DNA from: Candidatus Poribacteria bacterium
GTDB taxonomy: Bacteria > Poribacteria > WGA-4E > JAJDTR01
DNA length: 64,000 nucleotides
Direction of reading: 5' to 3'
Assembly: GCA_022827055.1 (NCBI GenBank)
Contig: JAJDTR010000156.1
Coordinates: forward strand, 27,596 to 91,595
Position numbers and translations under genes: made by a program. The number at the start of each line of letters is the position of its first letter. Position 1 is the stretch's first letter. This document shows, piece by piece, positions 48,685 to 57,140 of this stretch. The notes under the pieces are model-generated. The model saw nothing but the letters and a program-made list of their open reading frames with translations. It ran no database searches and was not told the DNA's origin.

Positions 48685-49935
48685 TTATCTCCACGAGGCA
48701 AGGGTATGCACAATCAGGTTCACTCCCCACCGCATCCACTTTTCGTCGGCGTCATTTTCCATCCACTTCAAGCCTAATCCTGCCGCATCGTAAAACACGG
48801 CAATCCGGCCATTCAGTCGCAGTGCATAGAATCGTCCCCGTTTCTTATCTACCAGCGGCGGTCCCTTCTTGAATTCGAAGAAACTATTGCAGATTGGTTC
48901 GCCCGATTCGACGGGACGTAAATCTGTCCTTAGATCCAAGATTTTCCATAGTTCGAACCGGATGGAATTTGCGATTGCGCCTTTATTTCCCCAGTCCTGT
49001 GAGAGGTCGGAAAAAAAGAGTGTCCCGCCATTTTGAAGGTATGTTTTCAGATTTGCACGCTCCTGTTCGGAAAAAGCGAATGCACTTGTCGCCGTTATGT
49101 ACACCAGTGGAATACGCTGAATTTCCGGGTCTGCTAACGGCGTGTGCCCCGGGAGGAGTTTAGTGTGTACGTTCGTCCAGCGATTCATCGCATCAACTAG
49201 TCGACTTAGTATTTCGGTTCGGACCGTGTCGGCAGCATCCTCGTGCTGCACCGTAGCAACGTGATAATGACCTTGAATTTCTCTACCAGATCCGTTCACT
49301 TGAGCTTGCGGCGGGGCTCCGATTTCTCCACGCAACTTGTCCAGCCAGCCTTTTTTGCGAGCCGGAGCTTCAACAGAAAGACTTCTCTTTCGTCCAGATG
49401 CTACGTTGGAACGCACGGATGCATCTGAAATGGAATCGGTTAAGCGAGTGTTCAAATCAACGCTAACTTGATTATCCTCTACCGGTATTGTCTCGCCGGG
49501 GGATGATAGGTTAGGTTTGTGTAGTACTCGTTCAGTAGGACGTGTGTACGTGACGAGAGGTACGGCAGGTGACGGAGTGGAGCGCTGCCGTGGTGGAGTC
49601 ATTTTGATGGGATGGCTCGAGCGTGCCAATCTCGAACGCGGGGTAACACGCGCTTTGGGAGTCCGTTCAGTCGGGACGTTGATCATGTCCACCTGTAGCG
49701 CATCATCGGAAGTCTCCGGGTGGCGTTGCGGGACAATTGTGAAAAGATAAAGAATCAAGACGTTGCACAACAGAGACAGCAGCCATGAGGTGAGTGTGAT
49801 TTGGAAGCTGCGTGGACGCTGGCTCAGGAAAGTGTTTGAATGGGAAGGAGATGTCACTACAATATCAGGTGCTTGTTTACGCTCGGCCGATCGAGGATGC
49901 GTTGTATCCTCACGTCTCATCTTCCGCCATCCCAA
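48685..49935 (-). CDS. Membrane-anchored protein with a Pro-rich linker and a C-terminal DUF4159-like domain
   Basis: One TM helix (LLSLLCNVLILYLFTIV) and a Pro/Ser/Thr/Arg-rich middle. The C-terminal IPLVYITATSAFAFSEQERANLKTYLQNGGTLFFSD...AVFYDAAGLGLKW...WGVNLIVHTLA matches the DUF4159 pattern from recall. Confidence 0.65.
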   Translation of the reverse strand: MGWRKMRREDTTHPRSAERKQAPDIVVTSPSHSNTFLSQRPRSFQITLTSWLLSLLCNVLILYLFTIVPQRHPETSDDALQVDMINVPTERTPKARVTPRSRLARSSHPIKMTPPRQRSTPSPAVPLVTYTRPTERVLHKPNLSSPGETIPVEDNQVSVDLNTRLTDSISDASVRSNVASGRKRSLSVEAPARKKGWLDKLRGEIGAPPQAQVNGSGREIQGHYHVATVQHEDAADTVRTEILSRLVDAMNRWTNVHTKLLPGHTPLADPEIQRIPLVYITATSAFAFSEQERANLKTYLQNGGTLFFSDLSQDWGNKGAIANSIRFELWKILDLRTDLRPVESGEPICNSFFEFKKGPPLVDKKRGRFYALRLNGRIAVFYDAAGLGLKWMENDADEKWMRWGVNLIVHTLASWR

Positions 49936-50011
49936 CCTGCTTTTGTGCGCCTTTCACGAGCTTTTACTCGCCGGCTTCATTCTGGTCAACATTTGGATAC
50001 GCACGAGTGGT

Positions 50012-53000
50012 TTATCTTCGCGCGACCTGATCTGCTGTCTGGTAGGTCGTCCAGAGTTCAGTCGTCAGGTCATAACGGCAAACTCCCGCCGAGAACGTAC
50101 CAATCCAAATGTATTTCCCATCCAGCGCAATGCTGCGGATGTTATTGTCCGCCAAACCGTCTTCAAGCTTAAAACTCACCCATTCCCGTAATGATTTGTC
50201 GTACCGACAAAGCCCCTCACCTGCCGTGCCAACCCAAACATGCTTATCACCTGCAGTTATGGTACTAATCTCATTACCGGCGATACCGTTTAGAACCGTG
50301 TAGGGAGTCCACGCGTCCGTATTTGGCTGGTATTGATACAGTCCATGCCGGGTACCTATCCACGTGTTGAGTCCATCGAAATCAAGTGCGGTGATCTCTG
50401 CCTGCCGAAGGTATTCCGGGATGTCGATTTCGGATGCTGACTCGAATCGTGGGAAGTCCACTTTAAGAATCTTCAAGCCGTTTTCACGTCCGATCCAGAC
50501 TTGGTCATCCATAAACGTCATGGCTGTACAATCGACAATACCCCAATCATCGGAAGATTCTTCAATCTCTTCGGTGTAGCCTATGGAAGTCCCAGCACGT
50601 GTTTGCTCTACCACTTGCCGTCCCGATATGAGTGTCCATGAATCTGCCTTAAAATCATGAACGGCAATCATGTCATCGCACAACACCCAAATCCTGCCCC
50701 GATGATATTTGATGTCCCGCACCCACGGAAGCAAGGGATGCGTCGCGATCACCTCTTCATGCGCCCGATCATAAATGATGACTCCCGCCTCTGTGCCAAT
50801 CCAGAGAGTACTTAAAACTGGTTCGATGACGCGAACAACCGGGTGCGAAGGTAAGGCAATTTTGAGATCCAAAAATGGAGACGGGAAGATTGGATCGTTC
50901 GGCATGGGGGTCTTCTGAATTATTGCTTCATGGAGGAATTGGACCGCTTTCTCTTGCGCCACGATAGGATCGTATGCAACGTAAACCTTTTGTTCTGCCG
51001 TGGGCGATGTTGCTTGTAGCGCCTCTTCGACGGCTTCGGCCGAGTTATCGACGGTTCTTTTAAGGGTTCTTTCAAGTTCAACTATCTGAGTAATCTGCGT
51101 GTTTCTGAGCGGATCATAGTTCAAATCCGCGACATTCCAAGTGTGCAAGATTTTGTCATAACGCGCCAATCCCACCCGGGTTCCAACCCAGAGGTCGTCG
51201 CCATCGGAAATTACCGATTTTACGTTGTTACTCATCAATTCCGCAGAGGTGGAGGCAATCTCCGAGCGCGCCTCCGAATAGACTGTCCAGATTCCGCTTC
51301 TCCAATGATGACGTGCGAGTCCGGCGTCCGTGCCAAACCAGATTTCATCGTCATCGACAGCAACAACCTGGATGTTGTTGGAAGGCAATCCCTCTGCCAC
51401 CGTAAAATCCCGAGAAAGATCGGTAATCTGGTTGTAGAGCGTGATGCCGTCGATGGTGCCAATCCAGTGATACTTCTCCTTGGAACCTATACTCTTGGCT
51501 TCGCTGGCGATTAAACCGTCTTTGCGTGAATAAGGGGATAGGGAACCAATCTCCGTGTCGTAAATCGTTACCCCGGAAGGGCCCGATAGGAAGATATACT
51601 CGCCGTCAATATTGATAGAATTGACGAGGTTGTTAATCAGACCGTCAACCGTCGTGTAAACTTGCCACTTGTTTTCAGAAGGGTCGTATCTTGCCACGCC
51701 ATTGTTTGTTCCAAACCAGACCTTATCATTATCAATTGCCACCGTCCAGACCACGTTGTGCGGAAGACCATCTTCAATAGTAAATGTCTGCCAAGTCCCA
51801 GCATGTGTGTCAAAGCGTGAAACACCTGCCAGCGTAGCGACCCACATCACATTTTCGTCTGCGACAATAGCATTTACGCGATTGTCACACAGCCCCTCGG
51901 TACGTGTGAAGTTAGTCCACAAATCGCTGCCCAAACTGTATTTGCTCAGCCCGCCATGCGTCCCCGCCCACAGAAATTCTCCGTCCCAAGCTAAGCTAGA
52001 GACATAGCGATGGATTAAGCCGTCATTCACGGAATAATTCAGCCATGAATCCGCTACTTTGTCATACCTGCTAATCCCTTTTGGAGTGCCAAAAAAGAGA
52101 AATTCATCACTCACAGCAATCGCCAAAATGTTTCGATCAACAAGCACTTCCGTGGTGCCGCGTTCCCGACTTGGTGCGTAACTCCACCACGTTTCATCTT
52201 CCTTGTTATACCTGTATATCCCTCCATCTGTTGCGACCCAGATATAACGAAGTGAGTTTTTGATGTCATTTACTCGCGCACGGGAAAGTCCTTGAGCGTC
52301 TTCTTCGGTAAACTTGCGGGTCTGACCGGATTGAATATCATGCCGCACCAAGTGCCGCCATCCGCCCAACCAGAGAAGTTTCCCATCGAGAACAACGGCA
52401 TCACTGGGATTATCCGGTTTGAACTGAAGCGGACGCCAACCCAATTCGTCATCATGGAGATAAATTCCATGCTCTGTCGAAACTGCAAGCGTTTTGTCGT
52501 TTTGGACAATTGCAAGAATCGCAACCGTTCCCAATTCGGGAATAGTGTTCCAACTACCATCCGATTTGTTGTAACGGGACAGCCCGTCTTCGGTGCCAAC
52601 CCACACATAGCTTGGATCAGCGGCCAGATCGGTTATTCGATTGCCCGCCAACCCTAAACGTGTAGAATAGGCGATCCACTCTCCGGTAGTGTTATCATAT
52701 CTGTTGAGTCCGAGGCGGGTGCCGATCCAAATCTGTTTTCCATCGACTAAAGTCGTAGTAATCTCATCGGCCACCAGCCCGCTCTTCGCTGCTCGGAAGT
52801 ACACCCATGTCTGATCAGATTTGTCAAAGCGTGAAATTCCTTGGTCGGTCCCGATCCAGACAAAATTTCCAACAACATCTAGGCACGCGACCCTTCCGCC
52901 ACCCAAGCCTTCTTCGTTTGCGTAGGTTTTCCAACGTTCCGTGCTCGGATTAAATAGACTTATCGCCTTGGGAGTTGCAAGCCAAACACCTTCGGTATCT

Positions 53001-54325
53001 TCACCAATCGCCAATACGTCGGCAGACGGAAGTGCACGCTCAGCCACATAGTTTATCCAGTTGCCCGAGAGTGTTCCAAATCTTGATAGTCCATGATCGG
53101 TGGCAATCCAGATTGTGTTTCCCGTTATTCCCAGGGAATTAATCCGATCAGACACCAGCCCCATTTCTTGGTGATGCCAATTCCAACTTTGCATCTTTGC
53201 GTCGAACTTTAAGAGCCCTGTGTTGGTTGCCATCCATACCTGACCCGCGGAGATCTGCAGTGCGAGAATCCGGTCCGATATCTGCCCTCGTTTTTCCCTG
53301 TCTTGGACGACCGTGGATGGCTGGTAGATTTGCCAACCGAGGGCAGCCCAAGCGTCCGCTTCGGCGCGGGAGAATGACTTCTGCGCCCTACTGTATTCTG
53401 CTTCGGCTGCACGTAACTGTGCAGCATTGGCGCCGCGTGACAATCGTCGGCTTCTCGTCCGCAGATCGGCGTTGTATTTCTGAGGGAGTTTTAATTTCGA
53501 ATACGCTTTGTCGGCTCGGGCAAGATCGACTCCACTCCGAAATTTCTTGTTTGTAACTCTCAGAAGTCCATTACCCGTGGCAATATAAACGATATCCCCG
53601 CTGCCTCGGATGTCGTTAATTTGGTCGCTTGGCAGTGGAGAACGACGTACACCGCGATTGCCGCCCCTAGTGCCGATCCACGAGCTACTTTCCCGAGTGA
53701 AGTGTTCCCACTGTTTGTATTTATAATTGTATCTGGCTAAACCGCTATTGGTGCCAATCCAAACATAGGCGGAATCGTGATAGATGGCCGTTACGGAAGG
53801 AGACGCGATGCCTGAAAACGTTGAATGGGACTGCCAGCGATTCTTCTTGCGTTGATAGGCGCTTGCGCCTTGCGCCGTACCCACCCAAATCCAATCACGA
53901 CGCGCAGAGATGCATTCGATTTTGTTCGCAATCAAACCATCTTTGACGGTATAACTCTGCCATCTGTCATTACCCATGTCGTATACCGACAGGCCGGAGT
54001 CAGTGCCGAACCAGACACGCTGGGTTGGAGTCTTACGAAAAACCCCTTCCTTCCACTCGATGGCAATGCAGTTTACCTCGTTACTGATTAGCCCGTCTTT
54101 GATAGTGAAGGCATCCCACGACTTGGTGTCGGTATTGTACCGACTAACACCGTTGCTGGTTGCAAACCACAGATGATTACCGCCGACCTCTACGTAGCGC
54201 AAATCTTGTCCAACGAGGATCTCCGAAAGTTCCTCCTCGCCTGCCCAAGTTTGACCCCAAACAGAGCAGAGGCATAATATTAACACATATGTAATGCCTA
54301 GAGCGGCATCTCTCCTCATCCGCAC
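50012..54325 (-). CDS. Giant secreted protein built of about 27 two-component-regulator-propeller (Reg_prop) type blades; no output domain
   Basis: 1437 aa with a signal peptide. There are at least 27 recurrences of the blade signature hydrophobic-W-[IVFM]-[GA]-T-x-x-G-[LIV]-x-R-[YF] (VWFGTDSGLSVY, IWVGTAQGASAY, VWIGTNSGLARY, IWIATDHGLSRF, VWIGTDQGISRF, IWIGTRLGLNRY, VWVGTEDGLSRY ...). Two non-propeller inserts (aa ~265-335 and ~1010-1090). No kinase, Y_Y_Y, HTH or GGDEF part. Confidence 0.8.
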   Translation of the reverse strand: MRMRRDAALGITYVLILCLCSVWGQTWAGEEELSEILVGQDLRYVEVGGNHLWFATSNGVSRYNTDTKSWDAFTIKDGLISNEVNCIAIEWKEGVFRKTPTQRVWFGTDSGLSVYDMGNDRWQSYTVKDGLIANKIECISARRDWIWVGTAQGASAYQRKKNRWQSHSTFSGIASPSVTAIYHDSAYVWIGTNSGLARYNYKYKQWEHFTRESSSWIGTRGGNRGVRRSPLPSDQINDIRGSGDIVYIATGNGLLRVTNKKFRSGVDLARADKAYSKLKLPQKYNADLRTRSRRLSRGANAAQLRAAEAEYSRAQKSFSRAEADAWAALGWQIYQPSTVVQDREKRGQISDRILALQISAGQVWMATNTGLLKFDAKMQSWNWHHQEMGLVSDRINSLGITGNTIWIATDHGLSRFGTLSGNWINYVAERALPSADVLAIGEDTEGVWLATPKAISLFNPSTERWKTYANEEGLGGGRVACLDVVGNFVWIGTDQGISRFDKSDQTWVYFRAAKSGLVADEITTTLVDGKQIWIGTRLGLNRYDNTTGEWIAYSTRLGLAGNRITDLAADPSYVWVGTEDGLSRYNKSDGSWNTIPELGTVAILAIVQNDKTLAVSTEHGIYLHDDELGWRPLQFKPDNPSDAVVLDGKLLWLGGWRHLVRHDIQSGQTRKFTEEDAQGLSRARVNDIKNSLRYIWVATDGGIYRYNKEDETWWSYAPSRERGTTEVLVDRNILAIAVSDEFLFFGTPKGISRYDKVADSWLNYSVNDGLIHRYVSSLAWDGEFLWAGTHGGLSKYSLGSDLWTNFTRTEGLCDNRVNAIVADENVMWVATLAGVSRFDTHAGTWQTFTIEDGLPHNVVWTVAIDNDKVWFGTNNGVARYDPSENKWQVYTTVDGLINNLVNSINIDGEYIFLSGPSGVTIYDTEIGSLSPYSRKDGLIASEAKSIGSKEKYHWIGTIDGITLYNQITDLSRDFTVAEGLPSNNIQVVAVDDDEIWFGTDAGLARHHWRSGIWTVYSEARSEIASTSAELMSNNVKSVISDGDDLWVGTRVGLARYDKILHTWNVADLNYDPLRNTQITQIVELERTLKRTVDNSAEAVEEALQATSPTAEQKVYVAYDPIVAQEKAVQFLHEAIIQKTPMPNDPIFPSPFLDLKIALPSHPVVRVIEPVLSTLWIGTEAGVIIYDRAHEEVIATHPLLPWVRDIKYHRGRIWVLCDDMIAVHDFKADSWTLISGRQVVEQTRAGTSIGYTEEIEESSDDWGIVDCTAMTFMDDQVWIGRENGLKILKVDFPRFESASEIDIPEYLRQAEITALDFDGLNTWIGTRHGLYQYQPNTDAWTPYTVLNGIAGNEISTITAGDKHVWVGTAGEGLCRYDKSLREWVSFKLEDGLADNNIRSIALDGKYIWIGTFSAGVCRYDLTTELWTTYQTADQVARR

Positions 54326-54431
54326 AACCTCCTTCCTATAGAACCACGGACCCGCATAGAAACTATACAGTTTGATCCATCATTGACTTCACACCATTCC
54401 TAGCCGGATTCGGGGTCAAGAACCGCCGCAG

Positions 54432-55115
54432 TCAGTTACGAGCGCGCCCTTGCAACGATCGAGTGACTCTAACTTGATTTGCTTTGGATTGAGGAAGATA
54501 GCGATTTAGCGCCATCTGGACTTTTGCTTGGTCCAATCTGCCCGGTGTTATTAGGGCACATCTGCTATCCGATGTCATTTCCCATTGAGTTATGAATTCC
54601 TTTTCCGACAAGGTTCTCCTTCGATTGTCCACCGGGTTCTCCAATACCACCTCACCGGCTGGACTGTATCCGACCATAGCCCAAAGTCGTGAGCGACCGC
54701 TAGAACGCAAAGACACAATTGGTGCCCAGCGTTTCGCGATGAATCCCTTCAAAACATCCAAGTCGCAGTTGGAAACAATCGTTAAACTGTATGCTCTAGC
54801 GACGGAGGTAGCGTTAAGTGCATTGAAATTCTGCGGCTGTTGTGATTTGAAGGTTTCAACCAAAGGACGCAACTGATTTCGGTTAATCTCGGCGTTCGGC
54901 GGTAATGATGACGGTTCGTTAACGGATTTTTGGGGAACTGTAGTTTTGCCGGAACCTGTCGGCTTCAGTTCGGGAATACGATATGGATCGTTCCGCGTTG
55001 ACGTGCCGCAACCGAGAAACAGAAAACACAACACGGTTATAGAGATTGCAACGCCGAGCGTCAGGGTTAGATTAAGATATTGATTCGTAGTGTTTGTGAT
55101 TCTCATGCGTTTCAT
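54432..55115 (-). CDS. Lipoprotein, unknown function
   Basis: Lipobox LFLGCG and a Pro/Ser-rich linker. C-terminal ~130-aa globular part. No catalytic motif recognised. Confidence 0.55.
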   Translation of the reverse strand: MKRMRITNTTNQYLNLTLTLGVAISITVLCFLFLGCGTSTRNDPYRIPELKPTGSGKTTVPQKSVNEPSSLPPNAEINRNQLRPLVETFKSQQPQNFNALNATSVARAYSLTIVSNCDLDVLKGFIAKRWAPIVSLRSSGRSRLWAMVGYSPAGEVVLENPVDNRRRTLSEKEFITQWEMTSDSRCALITPGRLDQAKVQMALNRYLPQSKANQVRVTRSLQGRARN

Positions 55116-55145
55116 GCCTCCTTCAGATAGTATTTCAATTTATAC

Positions 55146-55826
55146 CTAATTGGCGCGTGAAATTTCAATGCCCGGAAGGTTGCTCAGGAAGGATTGAGTT
55201 GCCATGCTAACAAGCTGATCGATGTCATGCTTTACATATTGGAATTCAACTTCAGCCTCTGCGGCAACCTCGCCCGTGCCTTCCCAAACAACGTCGCCCA
55301 AGCCGCAATCCCAAACCTGTCCGAAGATGGTAACGTTTTTGCCCTCCAAACTGACGATATCGTCCGATAGAAGAGCCTTTGCAAGTCGTTCTGTACGAGA
55401 TTGATCCAAGAGTTTCACATGCAGGAGATATCTAATTCCTGTCGCTTTACCAATTTCGCGGAGCGTTCTCTTATTGAGGATCGCGGCTTGCTCATAGTCA
55501 CCAATCATCTGTGCATAGGCTTCAGTCAAGTTCGCTTCGTTAATCAGATCGAGCATCTGAATTGCCCCATAGAATCTTCCCTCCGGCAATTGAGCGGTAA
55601 GATGGGCTTCAAGTTTTGCTGCTAATGGTCTGCGCAGTCCTTCCTGTCCTTGCCCTGCAACCACGGGCAGTAAGCCCAAACCGTGATCGAAGAGCGAGCT
55701 AACCGTAAATTCCGGGTCGAGATACTGGAGTTGTGAATCATCTACGATTTTCGCGGCGCACCCGGTCCAGAACCCAGCCGACAACAGTAACAGCACCATA
55801 CAACTATGAAATCTTTTTGCTTGCAT
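55146..55826 (-). CDS. Lipoprotein, unknown function (LpoB/DUF799-like architecture suspected)
   Basis: The likely start is MQAKRF at 55826. Lipobox FWTGCAA. About 200-aa alpha/beta part. Confidence 0.55.
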   Translation of the reverse strand: MQAKRFHSCMVLLLLSAGFWTGCAAKIVDDSQLQYLDPEFTVSSLFDHGLGLLPVVAGQGQEGLRRPLAAKLEAHLTAQLPEGRFYGAIQMLDLINEANLTEAYAQMIGDYEQAAILNKRTLREIGKATGIRYLLHVKLLDQSRTERLAKALLSDDIVSLEGKNVTIFGQVWDCGLGDVVWEGTGEVAAEAEVEFQYVKHDIDQLVSMATQSFLSNLPGIEISRAN

Positions 55827-56117
55827 TTTTTCCTCCTGATTCCACCTCGCTTGAACAGTGGGGAATGAATTGTTGGTTACCAAATCGGGAAGCGATTTCC
55901 CGTGCGACTGTGATAATCGATTTATGTCGTTTCTTTAAAATGCAAATGCATTGATTACGCAAATCAAGCAAAGAAACTGCATGAAACGGAGTAAGCAGCC
56001 TAGCTCCGCGCAAAGTCTGCGGGGCAAGAAGACTTCCTCAAGTCAGCCAATGAAAAAACCTTCAGTGAAAGGGAACTGCACTTGACATTTCCTTCAGGTG
56101 ACGAGAACGATAAACCT

Positions 56118-57140
56118 TCATCTAGCTTCTTCAATCGCTACATGTATACTTTTTGCTGCGGTTGCGCCGAATGCGCCCATTACGGGTTTCCCGTCTTGAT
56201 CCCGAAGATTCGATCTTCGCGCATCATTCAATGGCAATGATGAAAAGATATAACTTCCATACTCCGGACTGAGCGCTTCAACCGTAATTCTGAGTACTTT
56301 GCCAGCATTTGATTCCCGGCGCACAAAGAAGTTTTCTTTTCCTATCGAAACACCGTGCTGTTCCGTCAGATCGTTATCCCTAGATGATGAAGATGAATAT
56401 GAAGTAGAAGGGACGAATCCGGATCCTAGTATATCGTCACGGATGCGCTCCGATACTTCAACTGTCACGAAGTACGAAGTTACATTCAAATCCGATTTCC
56501 AATAGATTGCCTTTTCATCATCCCTCTTTAGTGTTATGTGGTCGTCATCAAAGGTCGAGAGTGTATCAATATTGATGAATTCAACCGGAGGATAAACCGT
56601 CGTTTCACCGGTAATTGATTTATCGAACGCTTTGGAATAGACTTTTATTCGATATGGTGTGTAGAATTCTACCTGAAAACGGTTTGACTTCGGTTTGTAG
56701 CCTCCATCAGGGATTTCATTTCTGGTGTGTTCGCCGTTGAATCCCTCGTTATACCAAATGACAATCCTATCAGCTAGCTCAACATACTGAAATTCGTATT
56801 CTACACCGGAGTTCAAATTTGTCACTGTGACGATAGCCGTCGTATCTTGAAGAAGAGGAAGGGTTTCATCGTGTTCATCGATTCGCCCATCTCCGTCATT
56901 ATCGATTCCGTCGAATACATCAGAATCCGTAATCGCCTCGGTTCTTATTATCCGGATGATGGAATCTGCAGGATTATCCTGCCGAAGCCGCCCCGTAACT
57001 TTTAATTCCGGTTGGTAATTTCCGAAGTCATCTTTGAAATCGGCAACTTCCAGTTCTCGTTCACATGAGAGACAAATCGTGGACAAAAGCATAATTAGCA
57101 GGATTTTAATCATTTGCACGGTTTTGCTCCTAGAACTCAA
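56118..57140 (-). CDS. DUF4249-like lipoprotein partner of the TonB-dependent receptor
   Basis: Lipobox ICLSCE. It immediately follows the receptor gene (an 11-nt overlap, or a 16-nt gap if the start is the ATG at 57113). Acidic Ca-binding-like loop DGIDNDGDGRIDEHDE. Confidence 0.6.
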   Translation of the reverse strand: MSSRSKTVQMIKILLIMLLSTICLSCERELEVADFKDDFGNYQPELKVTGRLRQDNPADSIIRIIRTEAITDSDVFDGIDNDGDGRIDEHDETLPLLQDTTAIVTVTNLNSGVEYEFQYVELADRIVIWYNEGFNGEHTRNEIPDGGYKPKSNRFQVEFYTPYRIKVYSKAFDKSITGETTVYPPVEFINIDTLSTFDDDHITLKRDDEKAIYWKSDLNVTSYFVTVEVSERIRDDILGSGFVPSTSYSSSSSRDNDLTEQHGVSIGKENFFVRRESNAGKVLRITVEALSPEYGSYIFSSLPLNDARRSNLRDQDGKPVMGAFGATAAKSIHVAIEEAR

